Below the pieces are notes generated by a model. It was not told the DNA's origin. It did not search any database and worked only from the letters and a program-made list of their open reading frames with translations. A stretch of 60,940 bases of DNA from Gemmatimonadota bacterium (lineage in GTDB: Bacteria; Gemmatimonadota; Gemmatimonadetes; Palauibacterales; KS3-K002): the NCBI GenBank assembly GCA_039586795.1, contig JBDHJS010000019.1:1-60940 (forward strand). The letters are read 5' to 3'. The translations under genes and the position numbers were made by a program. Positions 19,376 to 30,119 of the stretch are shown here, piece by piece; the first letter of the stretch is position 1, and every line of letters starts with the position of its first letter.

Positions 19376-20308
19376 TTGAGGGCACTATTCGCAGGACTGA
19401 TCGTGGTTCTGTTCGTTGGCTGCGCGGGAGATGCGGCGCGCGAGCCCATCCAGCCGCTGGTGGACGCGGCCTGGCTCAGTTCTCACTTAGGTGACGTTGC
19501 GATTCTCGACGTCAGATATGGCGCCCCGGAGGGCGCGGACCGGGCGGCCTTCGAATCTGGACACATACCGGGCGCCGTTTTCGCCGGATATAGAGCGTAT
19601 CCGTGGGTCGTGGAGCGCGATAGCGTGCCGATGATGATGCCTCCAATCGAGGACCTGGAGCAGCTGATCGGCGGTTTCGGCGTCTCAAACGACGACCACG
19701 TGGTGATCGTCACCAACGGCACATCCGCCGGCAACATGGGGTCCGCTGCGCGTATTTACTGGCAGTTAACGGTTTTGGGCCACGATCGGGTTTCGATTCT
19801 GAACGGTGGATTCGCCAGCTGGGAAGAGGGCGGATACCCGGTGGAGACGGGCTGGATCGACCCTGAGCCTAAAGACTTTGAAGCGCAGTACCGCCCAGAA
19901 CTCGTCGCCGCGACGAGCGACGTCGTCGAGGCACAGGCCGCTGGGACACCGCTGATCGATGCAAGGTCGCCAACCTACTTCAGCGGAGAGCGTAAGTCCG
20001 GAATCGCAGCACGTCACGGTACGATTATGGGCGCCGAAAACTTGCCGGCGCAGATATGTACAGTCGAAGACGGCGGGACTTTCATCGACGCCACGCTCGC
20101 CGCCGAGTCGTGGCGAGCGGCCTCGGTTCCGGTTGAGGGTGAGCAGATCATGTTCTGCAACGGGGGCTACCTGGCCGCAGTGACATGGTTCACCGCCTAC
20201 GCCATCCTCGGGAACAAGGAAGCTCGTCTTTATGATGCCTCCTTAGCGGAGTGGTCGGCGGATCCTGAACTGCCGATGACAGCTGAGCTGGAGCCGGCCG
20301 TCAACTAG
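19376..20308 (+). CDS. Tandem-domain rhodanese/sulfurtransferase, lipoprotein
   Basis: SD GGAGG + TTG; lipobox FVGC; GHIPGA, LNGG..W, IDAR, active-site FCNGG, YDASLAEW. Confidence 0.9.
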   Translation: MRALFAGLIVVLFVGCAGDAAREPIQPLVDAAWLSSHLGDVAILDVRYGAPEGADRAAFESGHIPGAVFAGYRAYPWVVERDSVPMMMPPIEDLEQLIGGFGVSNDDHVVIVTNGTSAGNMGSAARIYWQLTVLGHDRVSILNGGFASWEEGGYPVETGWIDPEPKDFEAQYRPELVAATSDVVEAQAAGTPLIDARSPTYFSGERKSGIAARHGTIMGAENLPAQICTVEDGGTFIDATLAAESWRAASVPVEGEQIMFCNGGYLAAVTWFTAYAILGNKEARLYDASLAEWSADPELPMTAELEPAVN

Positions 20309-20484
20309 CCGAACAGCGCACCGCTCCCGAGGCCAAGCTGTACGTATGTCGCGCGCTCCGCGCCCGCCCGGATACTGAGAATCCCGGAACAGCACCGGCG
20401 TAGGAGGAGTTTTGCACCTGAACGAGGATCTCCAGAGGGTCCGCTGCAGGCGTCTACTGCCTTGAACCACCCGTGAGGATAGTG

Positions 20485-23397
20485 ATGACTGATCGTATTA
20501 CTGCCGACTCGAGGGCCCGAGCAGTGGCCGAGCTATATCAAGATTTCGCGAGAGACCCGAACTCGGTTGAGGCGGCGTGGCAGGAGCTGTTTGGGCGGCT
20601 TGATGACGAGGCGAAGAGCTGGCTCGAGTCGTTCAACGGAGCTGTCGGGTCGAGGCCGCCTGTTGTCGAGCCGGTGGTTCCGTCCTCCGATGATTCGAAG
20701 GCGGCCGCGTTTGACTCGGTGCGGGCGCTGATGTTGATCCGCTCCTATCGCGTGCGTGGCCATCTCGAGGCCGATCTTGATCCGTTGGGCCTCCTTCCCA
20801 AGGAGCCGCACCCGGAGCTTGACCCGCGCAGCTACGGGTTCACGGAGGCGGATCTGGATCGCCCGATATACCTGCACGGAGTACTCGGTCTAGACACGGC
20901 AACGCTGCGCGAAATTGTCGATGTACTTCGCAGAGACTATTGCGGCACGATCGGGCTGGAGTTCATGCACCTCCAGGATCCCCACGAGAAGGCCTGGATC
21001 CAGATGAGGATGGAAGGGGTCATGCATCGGACTCGAATGAAGGACGATGCTCGGCTCCAGGTGCTAGATCGTCTGAACGCCGCTGAGGCGTTCGAAAAGT
21101 TCTTGGATCGAAAGTACACGGGCACCAAACGATTTGGCTTGGAAGGCGCGGAAGCGACGATACCGGCGCTCGAGACGATCCTACAACGCGGTGTCGAGTT
21201 GGATCTCCGCGAAGTTGTGATCGGCATGGCTCACCGTGGCCGCCTGAACGTGCTCGCCAACGTCATGCAGAAGCCGCTTCGCGCGATATTCCACGAGTTC
21301 CAGGGTGGCGCCTCGGTGCCGGAAGAGATCGGTGGTTCAGGCGACGTCAAGTACCACCTTGGTACGTCAACAGATCGCGAGATTCTCGGCCGGCAACTGC
21401 ATCTGTCTTTGGTGCCGAACCCGTCGCACCTCGAGGCCGTAGATCCTGTCGTCATCGGGAAAGTCCGATCGAGTCAGGATCAGCGTGCGGATGTGAATCG
21501 CTGTCACGTCATGGGGCTGCTCCTGCATGGCGACGCCGCTTTTGCGGCGCAGGGTGTGGTGGCGGAATCGCTACAGCTGGGCGAGTTGGAAGGGTATACG
21601 ACGGGCGGAGTCATCCATTTCATCATCAACAATCAGATCGGCTTTACGACAAGCCCGATGGCCGCACGGTCCAGCCCTTATCCTTCTGACCTGGCGAAGG
21701 GCATTCAGTCCCCCATCGTCCACGTGAACGGCGATGACCCTGATGCCGTCGTTCAGGCGGCCCTCTGTGCCATCGACTTCCGCCAGGTGTTCAAGCGCGA
21801 TATCGTGATCGACATGTTTTGCTACCGCCGCCACGGTCATAACGAAGGCGACGAGCCAGCATTCACGCAGCCACTGATGTACAAGAAGATTAAGTCCCAC
21901 CCCACGGTAAGGGAGATATACACCGCGCGACTGGTGAGCGAAGGGATCATCGAGGAGACACAAGCCAAGGAGTTAGCTGCGCAACGAGACAAGAATCTGA
22001 ACGACGAGATGGAGGCTGCCAGCTCGTACAAACCGGAGAAGGCCGATTGGCTGGAAGGGGCGTGGCTAGGCCTCGAGGCAGCAGACGGCGCGGATGCTCA
22101 GCCCTGCCGAACCGGCGTCGAGGTCGAGATGCTGCAAGACGTGGGGCGTGCCATAACATCGGTGCCCGAGGGATTCAACATCAATCGCAAGATCGTTCGC
22201 CAGCTCAACGCCAAGAAGAAGATGCTCGACACCGGCGAGGGTATCGACTGGGCGACAGCCGAGGCGCTGGCGCTCGGTTCGCTTCTTGCCGAGGGACACC
22301 CGGTACGTCTTTCCGGAGAAGACACGAATCGCGGGACCTTTTCCCAGCGGCACGCCTCGTGGATCGACCAGGAAGACGAAGCCCGCTACGTGCCGCTCGA
22401 TCACATCCAGGAGAAGCAGGCACGCTTCGAGTTGATCGACAGCCCGTTGAGCGAGTACGCGGTGCTTGGATTCGAATACGGCTATGCCATGGACGAGCCC
22501 GGTGCCCTAGTTCTCTGGGAGGCCCAGTTCGGCGACTTCGCCAACGGTGCACAGGTCATCATCGATCAGTTCATCGCCGCCGGCGAAAAGAAATGGCTGC
22601 GCATGTGCGGTCTCGTGATGCTGCTACCCCATGGTTATGAGGGTCAGGGACCCGAGCACTCCTCGGCCAAGCCGGAGCGCTTCCTTCAGCTTTCGGCGGA
22701 GAACAACATCCAGGTCGTGAACCCGACGACTCCGGCCAACTACTTCCATGTGCTGCGCCGACAAATCCACCGCGAGTTCCGCAAGCCGCTCGCCGTGATG
22801 ACTCCGAAGTCTCTCCTGCGTCACAAGCGAGTCGTGTCGAAGCTAGCCGAGCTGATCCCGGGAACTTGCTTCGAGCCTGTGAAGGCGAGCGAGCTTGTGC
22901 CGAGTGGACCCGATGACGCGAAGCAGGTCGTTCTTTGCAGTGGAAAGGTGTACTACGATCTGTTGGAGGAGCGAGACAAACGCGGTATCAAGAACGTTCA
23001 CCTCCTACGCCTTGAGCAGCTCTATCCGTTCCCCGACGGAGAGTTGGCTGAGGCGCTAAAAGCTTATCGGCATTGTCGGCTGGTCTGGTGCCAGGAAGAG
23101 CCGCACAACATGGGTGCCTGGACCTTCGTCGTCTATCGCATCATGCGGGTTGCGGAGGAGGTCGGATTCGAAGACCCGGTGCCGCGCTACGCAGGTAGAG
23201 CGGCGGCGGCGGCACCAGCGACGGGCCTTCGCAAACGTCACGACGAGGAGCAATCACGGCTGATCGACGAGGCACTGACGGTCGAATCATCGACCGAAAC
23301 AGCGAGTCGAAAGAAGTCCTCACAGAAACAGGCGAAGAAACCTGACGGTAGAAAGAAGCGATCGAAGAAGAGCCGTAGCAGCCGCGGCGCTCGGTGA
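20485..23397 (+). CDS. sucA: 2-oxoglutarate dehydrogenase E1
   Basis: [37 protein letters not shown] motif, [15 protein letters not shown]. Confidence 0.97.
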   Translation: MTDRITADSRARAVAELYQDFARDPNSVEAAWQELFGRLDDEAKSWLESFNGAVGSRPPVVEPVVPSSDDSKAAAFDSVRALMLIRSYRVRGHLEADLDPLGLLPKEPHPELDPRSYGFTEADLDRPIYLHGVLGLDTATLREIVDVLRRDYCGTIGLEFMHLQDPHEKAWIQMRMEGVMHRTRMKDDARLQVLDRLNAAEAFEKFLDRKYTGTKRFGLEGAEATIPALETILQRGVELDLREVVIGMAHRGRLNVLANVMQKPLRAIFHEFQGGASVPEEIGGSGDVKYHLGTSTDREILGRQLHLSLVPNPSHLEAVDPVVIGKVRSSQDQRADVNRCHVMGLLLHGDAAFAAQGVVAESLQLGELEGYTTGGVIHFIINNQIGFTTSPMAARSSPYPSDLAKGIQSPIVHVNGDDPDAVVQAALCAIDFRQVFKRDIVIDMFCYRRHGHNEGDEPAFTQPLMYKKIKSHPTVREIYTARLVSEGIIEETQAKELAAQRDKNLNDEMEAASSYKPEKADWLEGAWLGLEAADGADAQPCRTGVEVEMLQDVGRAITSVPEGFNINRKIVRQLNAKKKMLDTGEGIDWATAEALALGSLLAEGHPVRLSGEDTNRGTFSQRHASWIDQEDEARYVPLDHIQEKQARFELIDSPLSEYAVLGFEYGYAMDEPGALVLWEAQFGDFANGAQVIIDQFIAAGEKKWLRMCGLVMLLPHGYEGQGPEHSSAKPERFLQLSAENNIQVVNPTTPANYFHVLRRQIHREFRKPLAVMTPKSLLRHKRVVSKLAELIPGTCFEPVKASELVPSGPDDAKQVVLCSGKVYYDLLEERDKRGIKNVHLLRLEQLYPFPDGELAEALKAYRHCRLVWCQEEPHNMGAWTFVVYRIMRVAEEVGFEDPVPRYAGRAAAAAPATGLRKRHDEEQSRLIDEALTVESSTETASRKKSSQKQAKKPDGRKKRSKKSRSSRGAR

Positions 23398-23432
23398 GCC
23401 GTCGCGTACAAGGGATCAATATCGAGGTAGAC

Positions 23433-24767
23433 ATGATTGACATAGTTGTTCCTAGCCTCGGCGAATCGATTACCGAAGCAACGGTTGCGAGTTGGTTGAA
23501 GCAACCGGGCGACCCGGTTGCGGCCGACGAAACATTGCTCGAACTGGAGACCGACAAGGCCACCCTCGAGGTTCCGGCTCCAGCCGCAGGTGTTCTGCGC
23601 GAAATCCTCGTTCAGGAAGGTGAAGACGTGGGAATAGGCGCCATCCTCGGGCGTATCGAGGAGGGCGTCGTCGCCGCCGCCGAGCCGCAGCTGGCCACGG
23701 AAGCGACCGAAGCCGAGCCCGTCGCGGCCGCTTCCCCGCAACCGGAATCTTCGCAAGGCGCGGCGCCGGACGGCCTGGATCCGTCGAGAATTACAGGTAG
23801 TGGACCGAACGGTGCCGTGACCGTGGAGGATCTGCGCTCGTTCTTCGCGGAGTCCACTCGCGAGGTGGTTGAGAAGTCCGGCCCCGCGGTTCGAAAGCTG
23901 ATTGCCGATCGTGGTCTGGATGCCAGCCAGATTCCGGCTACCGGTCGCGATGGTCGAATCACGAAAGAGGATGTGCTCGCCTTTCTGTCCAGACCGGCGG
24001 AATCTGGGTCAGCGGCGCCAAACGCTGCGCCCGTTCCGGCACCAACGCCCAGCGCAGAGCCGGGAGAGCGAAGGGAAGAACGCGTCCGGATGAGCCGGCT
24101 GCGACGGACGGTGGCGAGACGGCTCAAGGAAGCTCAGAACACGGCGGCGATGCTCACCACGTTCAACGAAGTCGACATGAGCGCGGTAATCGAACTGCGC
24201 CGACGCTTCCGCGACGAGTTCGAGGCGAAACATGGTATTCGGTTGGGTTTCATGTCGTTCTTCGTCAAGGCTGCGGTGGGTGCGCTCAAGGAGATGCCGG
24301 ATGTCAACGCCTCGATCGACGGCGATGAGATCCTCTACAAGTACTACTACGACATCGGGATCGCGGTGAGCACCGACGCCGGGTTGAAGGTCCCCGTGGT
24401 TCGCGATTGCGAGCACAAGTCCTTCGCCCAAATCGAAGCCGACATCGCGGCGCTCGCGGGCAAGGCGCGTGATGGGAGCCTGGGACTGGAGGAGATGGAA
24501 GGCGGGACCTTCACTATCAGCAATGGTGGGGTCTTCGGATCGTTGCTGTCCACTCCCATCCTCAACCCGCCACAGTCGGCCATTCTCGGACTGCACAAGA
24601 TCGACGACCGGCCAGTCGTCGTCGACGGCGAAGTCGTTGTGCGGCCGATGATGTTTCTTGCCATGTCCTACGATCATCGCCTGATCGATGGTCGTGAATC
24701 GGTGACCTTCCTTGTCAAGATCAAGGAACTCATCGAGGACCCTGAACGGCTGATGCTTGACGTCTGA
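23433..24767 (+). CDS. sucB: Dihydrolipoyllysine-residue succinyltransferase E2
   Basis: Lipoyl domain [31 protein letters not shown] before ATG 23433. Confidence 0.97.
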   Translation: MIDIVVPSLGESITEATVASWLKQPGDPVAADETLLELETDKATLEVPAPAAGVLREILVQEGEDVGIGAILGRIEEGVVAAAEPQLATEATEAEPVAAASPQPESSQGAAPDGLDPSRITGSGPNGAVTVEDLRSFFAESTREVVEKSGPAVRKLIADRGLDASQIPATGRDGRITKEDVLAFLSRPAESGSAAPNAAPVPAPTPSAEPGERREERVRMSRLRRTVARRLKEAQNTAAMLTTFNEVDMSAVIELRRRFRDEFEAKHGIRLGFMSFFVKAAVGALKEMPDVNASIDGDEILYKYYYDIGIAVSTDAGLKVPVVRDCEHKSFAQIEADIAALAGKARDGSLGLEEMEGGTFTISNGGVFGSLLSTPILNPPQSAILGLHKIDDRPVVVDGEVVVRPMMFLAMSYDHRLIDGRESVTFLVKIKELIEDPERLMLDV

Positions 24768-24779
24768 GGGCGAAGGCTC

Positions 24780-26189
24780 ATGGCTGACAAACAATACGAT
24801 CTGGTGATCATTGGCGGCGGCCCCGGAGGCTACGTGGCCGCTATCCGTGCGGCTCAGCTCGGCATGAATGTGGCCTGCGTAGAGAAACGCGACGCGTTGG
24901 GCGGTACGTGCCTGAACGTCGGATGCATTCCCTCGAAGGCGCTGCTCCACTCCTCGGAGCGATACGCTGAGGCAAAGCACGGCTTTGAAGAGCAGGGAAT
25001 CAAGGTTGGCCAGGTCTCCCTCGACATCCAACGGATGATGGCCCGCAAGGACAAGGTGGTTCAGGATCTCACGAAGGGTGTCGAGTTTCTGTTCAAGAAG
25101 AACAAAGTGGCTTGGATAAGGGGGACGGGTCGGGTTCAGAAGCCCGGCGAAGTGGCGGTATCCCTGGCGGAGGGTGGCAATGAGACCCTGCTGACTCAAG
25201 ATATCATCATAGCGACCGGTTCCGAGTCGATCCCGCTGTCCGGCGTCGAGGTGGACGAGGAGAGGATAGTTACATCGACAGGTGCGCTCTCGCTGGAAGC
25301 TGTTCCCGAGCGGCTCGTTGTCATCGGCGCTGGCGTGATCGGACTGGAGCTGGGCTCTGTCTGGTCTCGACTGGGCGCGCAGGTGACCTTCGTCGAATTC
25401 CTCGATCACATTCTTCCAGGTATGGACCGTGAGATCAGCAAGCAGGCTCAGCGCGTGTTCAAGAAACAGGGCCTCGATTTCAATCTCTCATCGAAGGTGA
25501 CGGGCGCTGAGAAGACGAAGTCGTCGGTCAATTTAACGGTCGAGGCGGCATCGGGCGGAGAAGGGAAGACGATAGAGACTGATGTCGTACTCGTCTGTAT
25601 CGGGCGGCGGCCTTATACAGCAGATCTGGGGCTCGAGGAACTAGGGGTCGAAATCGCGCCCGGAGGAATGCTCGTTGTTGATGATCGTTTCCAGACGACC
25701 GTGGCCGGGATCTATGCGATCGGCGACTGCGTGCCGGGGCCGATGCTGGCGCACAAGGCGGAAGAGGACGGTGTCGCGTGTGTCGAGATGTTGGCGGGTC
25801 AGTCGGGGAATGTGGATTACAACCTCGTCCCGGGCGTCGTCTATACGTGGCCTGAGATTGCGGCTGTGGGTAGGACAGAGGAAGAACTGAAGGCCGCTGA
25901 CATCGATTACAAGGTCGGCAAGTTCCCGTTCCAGGCGAACAGCCGGGCCAGAACCACCGGCGATACGGATGGGCTGGTGAAGATACTCGCTAGCGCGCAG
26001 ACGGATCGAGTACTCGGCATTCATATTCTCGGGCCGCTAGCGGGCGATTTGATCATGGAGGCGGTAGTTGCCATGGAATTCGGGGCGGCGGCCGAGGACA
26101 TCGCGCGTACCGTACACCATCACCCAGGCGTTGGTGAGGCGGTAAAGGAAGCGGCGCTCGCCGTGGACGGGCGAGCGATTCATATCTGA
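24780..26189 (+). CDS. lpdA: Dihydrolipoyl dehydrogenase E3
   Basis: GGGPGGY, GGTCLNVGCIPSK, GAGVIGLE, MLAHKA, HHHPGVGE. Confidence 0.97.
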   Translation: MADKQYDLVIIGGGPGGYVAAIRAAQLGMNVACVEKRDALGGTCLNVGCIPSKALLHSSERYAEAKHGFEEQGIKVGQVSLDIQRMMARKDKVVQDLTKGVEFLFKKNKVAWIRGTGRVQKPGEVAVSLAEGGNETLLTQDIIIATGSESIPLSGVEVDEERIVTSTGALSLEAVPERLVVIGAGVIGLELGSVWSRLGAQVTFVEFLDHILPGMDREISKQAQRVFKKQGLDFNLSSKVTGAEKTKSSVNLTVEAASGGEGKTIETDVVLVCIGRRPYTADLGLEELGVEIAPGGMLVVDDRFQTTVAGIYAIGDCVPGPMLAHKAEEDGVACVEMLAGQSGNVDYNLVPGVVYTWPEIAAVGRTEEELKAADIDYKVGKFPFQANSRARTTGDTDGLVKILASAQTDRVLGIHILGPLAGDLIMEAVVAMEFGAAAEDIARTVHHHPGVGEAVKEAALAVDGRAIHI

Positions 26190-26218
26190 CCCATCGACGA
26201 AACACCGGGAGAGAGTCC

Positions 26219-27553
26219 ATGAGTCGGTCGGGACATAACCGCGAGCCCCAGGGGATCTTTCAACGTTTCGTGCACTCCGAGGTGTCAGGGAGCATCCTGC
26301 TTCTGGCTTGCACGATCATCGCACTTGCCTGGGCCAACTCTCCCTGGGCCCAGGGCTACTTCGATCTCGCTCACAAGTACATCTCGATCTCGTGGGGCGA
26401 CGCGAGCTTCAAGCTATCGCTGCGGCACTGGATCAACGACTTCCTGATGGCGGTGTTCTTTTTCGTCGTCGGGCTCGAGATCAGGCGCGAGATCGTCGTC
26501 GGGCAATTATCCTCCGTCAAGAAGTCGATTCTACCGGTAAGCGCGGCCATCGGCGGTATGGTCGTCCCGGCGATCATCTATGCCGCGCTAAACGTTGGCG
26601 GGGAAGGGAGTCGGGGCTGGGGGATCCCGATGGCCACCGACATCGCTTTTGCGTTGGGGATTCTGGCGTTGTTTGGGAGGCGCGCTCCGCTGGGCATGAA
26701 GGTGTTCCTCACCGCGTTGGCGATTGCGGACGACATGGGAGCTGTCCTGGTCATCGCCGTCTTCTACACGGACGCCATCAATCTCGCCGCCCTGGTCGTG
26801 GCGGCCATATGCCTTTTGCTGATCTTTGTTGCGAACCGCACCGGCGTGAAACGGTCCAGCGTTTACATTCTGCTGGCGATAGGAGTATTGGTGGCTGTGT
26901 TCGCTTCAGGCGTCCACGCAACGGTGGCCGGTATCCTGGTGGCGATGCTGGTGCCGGTGAGGTCGGATATCGAGGCAACGGAATTCTTGACTCGCTCCCG
27001 GGCCCGGTTGGAGGAGCTCGAGGCGGCAGAGCTCACCCGGGACAGCATGTTGCACGATCGCGCGCAACTAGAAGCGCTGGGCGATATGTATTTGGCGTCA
27101 AGCGCCATGTTGCCGACCGGCATCGTCCTGGAGGAGCGGCTTCACCCATTAGTATCATTCATTATCCTGCCGCTGTTCGCTCTTTTCAACGCGGGTGTCG
27201 CACTAAACGCTCGAATTGTAGAGGTGCTGCCGGAACCGGTCACCTTGGGGGTCATCCTGGGCCTGTTTTTCGGCAAGCAGATCGGCATCACGGCGTTTAG
27301 CTGGCTAGCCATCAAGAGCGGTCGGGCTAGCATGCCGGAAGGAACGAATTGGGGGATGATCTACGGCGCCAGCCTGCTGGCGGGTGTGGGCTTCACGATG
27401 TCCTTATTCGTCAGCGATCTGGCATTCAACTCGGAGCTGCTCTTGAACGAAGCGAAGATCGGCATTCTCGTCGGATCCTTGCTCTCCGGTATCGCTGGCT
27501 ATGTCGTGCTGCAGAAGTCGCTGCCGCGTGCCGTGGGTCCGTCAGAGCATTGA
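26219..27553 (+). CDS. nhaA: Na+/H+ antiporter NhaA
   Basis: WINDFLMAVFF, GWGIPMATDIAF, LAIADD, GVHAT, GVGFTMSLF. Confidence 0.95.
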   Translation: MSRSGHNREPQGIFQRFVHSEVSGSILLLACTIIALAWANSPWAQGYFDLAHKYISISWGDASFKLSLRHWINDFLMAVFFFVVGLEIRREIVVGQLSSVKKSILPVSAAIGGMVVPAIIYAALNVGGEGSRGWGIPMATDIAFALGILALFGRRAPLGMKVFLTALAIADDMGAVLVIAVFYTDAINLAALVVAAICLLLIFVANRTGVKRSSVYILLAIGVLVAVFASGVHATVAGILVAMLVPVRSDIEATEFLTRSRARLEELEAAELTRDSMLHDRAQLEALGDMYLASSAMLPTGIVLEERLHPLVSFIILPLFALFNAGVALNARIVEVLPEPVTLGVILGLFFGKQIGITAFSWLAIKSGRASMPEGTNWGMIYGASLLAGVGFTMSLFVSDLAFNSELLLNEAKIGILVGSLLSGIAGYVVLQKSLPRAVGPSEH

Positions 27554-27566
27554 TTTGGACTACCCG

Positions 27567-30104
27567 CTAACCCCGAAGCCAGGCTGCCGGCACAACCTGC
27601 CGTTCGATACCAGGGCCATCGACATCTAGCCCCAGCGCTACTCCGCCAGCTCGCTGGAAGAACAACAGCTCGATGGCGTGCGCCCCCGCTTCGAGCGCCA
27701 CGTAGCCGGAGCGCTCCACCGCCCCGTGTATCCCGTCATTGTCGACGACCTCCAAGCCGTTGATCAAGAGCTTGCTCCCGTCGTCTGAAGTTAGGTGGAA
27801 CCCATAGACGCCGGTCTCGGGCACGACGATGTGGCCATGGTACCGAAGTGCAAAGTACTCATCGCGCCTGCCACCCCTCCAGTCGATAGCGTCCGACGTC
27901 GAGACAGAGACTGGAGTTAACTCTGAAAGATCGGGGAGCCGCTCCCATTCGTCCTCGGTCTCGTAGTACTCTACTGATAGACCGACGAGCAGATCCTGGC
28001 TCGGCTGAGCTTGTGCTGGCGTTACGCTCTCGTATGTGTAGCTGCTGACGCGACTGGCTGTACCATCCGGCCAAACAGCCCGGGCGCGCACGGTTGTGGT
28101 CTCGTTAATCACGATCGGCTTTGCGTAAGTTGCCGACTCGACCGTCGGCTCGCTGCCGTCGGTAGAGTAATGAATGCGAGCGCCGGGTTTCGATGCGTTG
28201 AGCACAACTTCCGTGCGGTCGATGAAGATCGGAGCCCGGCGCTCGACCCTCGGCGCGAAGAAACCGCGCTGGGCGAGGGCGACCGTTTCAGGCGCTAGCT
28301 TGGCGACCTCACGGTCGTAGGTCATCAGTCCGTTATTCTCGGTCTCGATGTCGGTGGTCTGTGTGTAGACCGCTGCGCTGAGGCCGCTGTCGCTTGCCGC
28401 TTGTCGAATGACCTGAAACAGGTCCTCAAAGCGCTGCGCCAGGCTCTCGCGGTCCGGGAATAGGGCGTACCCCCATCCCTCCTTGGTCCACATGTGCCCG
28501 GACACATTGAATCCAAGGCCCCCAAACTCGCCCTGGACGGCGGCGCGCGTCGCCGAGGGCGTCGGCGGCCGCGGGTCGGGATAATGATGATGATCTATCA
28601 CATCGCCGGTGCCCCGGTCATACCAGCCGCTGGCGTGATTGACCAGGCGGCTGGGATCTACCGCCCGGATCAGATCGACGACTCGTTCCGAGTCGTGCTG
28701 CCCCCATCCTTCGTTGAACGGGACCCACATGACAATGCTTGGATGGTTCATGTGAGTTTGCACCAGCCGGACAAGCTCCGACTCGAATTGTGCGGTGGCT
28801 TGTGGGTCGGTGGGTCGATCGGAGTCGCGAGCTTCGAGCGGCACGTTCGCGTTTGGCATGTCCTGCCATACGAGAATACCAAGTCGATCACACCAGGTGT
28901 AGAAGGTTCGCGGCTCGACCTTGACATGCTTGCGCAGCATGTTGAAGCCCATCGCCTTCGTCATCTCCAGATCGTAGACCATGGCCGCTTCCGTCGGTGC
29001 CGTGTACAGCCCGTCCGGCCAGTAGCCCTGGTCCAGCGGCCCGCTTTGAAAGACGAAACGACCGTTGAGCAGAATTCGCAGCACGCCGTCATCATCCGGA
29101 CCGATCGATACCTCGCGCATTCCGAAATAGCCATCGACTTCGTCCAGTTCGGCGCCGTCGCGTAGCAGGCGGATTCGCAAGTCGTAGAGATAGGGATCGT
29201 CGGGATGCCAGAGGCGCGGTTCGGGGACAGGAACTTCGAGCGGCCGATTCGCAGGGCCCTCGTTGTCTGAGACGATTCCGCCGTTCGCCAGGACCGACAC
29301 TTCTAATCGGTCTCCCGCCGCCATGTCAGGAGCCACCACGCTCACGATGACCGAGGCTCCATCGATGTCAGCTGCGGCGACATAGTCGGCGATCGCCGTC
29401 TCGGGTACCGGCTCGAGCCAGACTGTCCCCCACAAACCGGTAACCGAAGTGTAGAAGATGCCTCTGGGATGCCGCACCTGTTTGCCCCGCGGCTGGGTCC
29501 CCTCGTCGGTCGGATCCCACACCGCGACAACCAGCTCGTGTGTTAGCGAGTCAGACAAGTGTTCCGTAATATCGAAGCTGAACGGATCGTAGCCGCCTCG
29601 ATGGAGACCGACGTTGCTACCGTCGACCCAGACCTCGGTCTCCCAATCGGACGCCTCGAAGTGAAGCAGGACCCGACTGTCCAGCCAGGACTCGGGCACC
29701 AAGAAGTCCCTCGTGTACCAAAGGCGGCGATTCGGGCCCACAGTGTCCGCAACGCCGGAAAGCGCCGATTCAATAGGGAAGGGTACGAGGATCTTGCCGT
29801 GATAACCCAATGGCTCACCGCTACGTCTTGTGATTGCGTAGTCCCAAAGTCCGTTCAGATTCAGCCACTCGCTGCGCCGCATGATCGGTCGCGGGTACTC
29901 AGGGCGAGCGTTCAGTGGCGTGACATCGTCCGTCCAGCGAGTTGCCATGCGCAGGTTGGCTGGCTTCCATCTTGGCTCACCACAGGCGGCAACCAGAAGC
30001 GTCACCAGGCACAGAACGGGAATGATTGCGGCCGCGGCGCCTGCGACCTCGCGAAATCCGCGAATGCAGTGGTTCTCGAACTTCCACCCACGATTCAGCA
30101 ACAT
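27567..30104 (-). CDS. Glycoside hydrolase family 2 with Fn3-associated and PA14 domains (probable lipoprotein)
   Basis: EYPRP, NLNGLW, GFNMLRKH, NHPSIVMWVPFNEGWG, GEFGG; HYSTDGSEP; SDDGS..DNDG.H (PA14). Confidence 0.9.
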   Translation of the reverse strand: MLLNRGWKFENHCIRGFREVAGAAAAIIPVLCLVTLLVAACGEPRWKPANLRMATRWTDDVTPLNARPEYPRPIMRRSEWLNLNGLWDYAITRRSGEPLGYHGKILVPFPIESALSGVADTVGPNRRLWYTRDFLVPESWLDSRVLLHFEASDWETEVWVDGSNVGLHRGGYDPFSFDITEHLSDSLTHELVVAVWDPTDEGTQPRGKQVRHPRGIFYTSVTGLWGTVWLEPVPETAIADYVAAADIDGASVIVSVVAPDMAAGDRLEVSVLANGGIVSDNEGPANRPLEVPVPEPRLWHPDDPYLYDLRIRLLRDGAELDEVDGYFGMREVSIGPDDDGVLRILLNGRFVFQSGPLDQGYWPDGLYTAPTEAAMVYDLEMTKAMGFNMLRKHVKVEPRTFYTWCDRLGILVWQDMPNANVPLEARDSDRPTDPQATAQFESELVRLVQTHMNHPSIVMWVPFNEGWGQHDSERVVDLIRAVDPSRLVNHASGWYDRGTGDVIDHHHYPDPRPPTPSATRAAVQGEFGGLGFNVSGHMWTKEGWGYALFPDRESLAQRFEDLFQVIRQAASDSGLSAAVYTQTTDIETENNGLMTYDREVAKLAPETVALAQRGFFAPRVERRAPIFIDRTEVVLNASKPGARIHYSTDGSEPTVESATYAKPIVINETTTVRARAVWPDGTASRVSSYTYESVTPAQAQPSQDLLVGLSVEYYETEDEWERLPDLSELTPVSVSTSDAIDWRGGRRDEYFALRYHGHIVVPETGVYGFHLTSDDGSKLLINGLEVVDNDGIHGAVERSGYVALEAGAHAIELLFFQRAGGVALGLDVDGPGIERQVVPAAWLRG

Positions 30105-30119
30105 CCCATCTCCCCGTTG

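Noticed and set aside
24009..25409. 466-aa minus-strand ORF
   Set aside because: Antisense shadow of sucB/lpdA, expected from high-GC codon bias; no motifs.
26308..27300. 330-aa alternative-frame ORF in nhaA
   Set aside because: Arg/Gly-rich off-frame translation lying wholly inside a confident gene.
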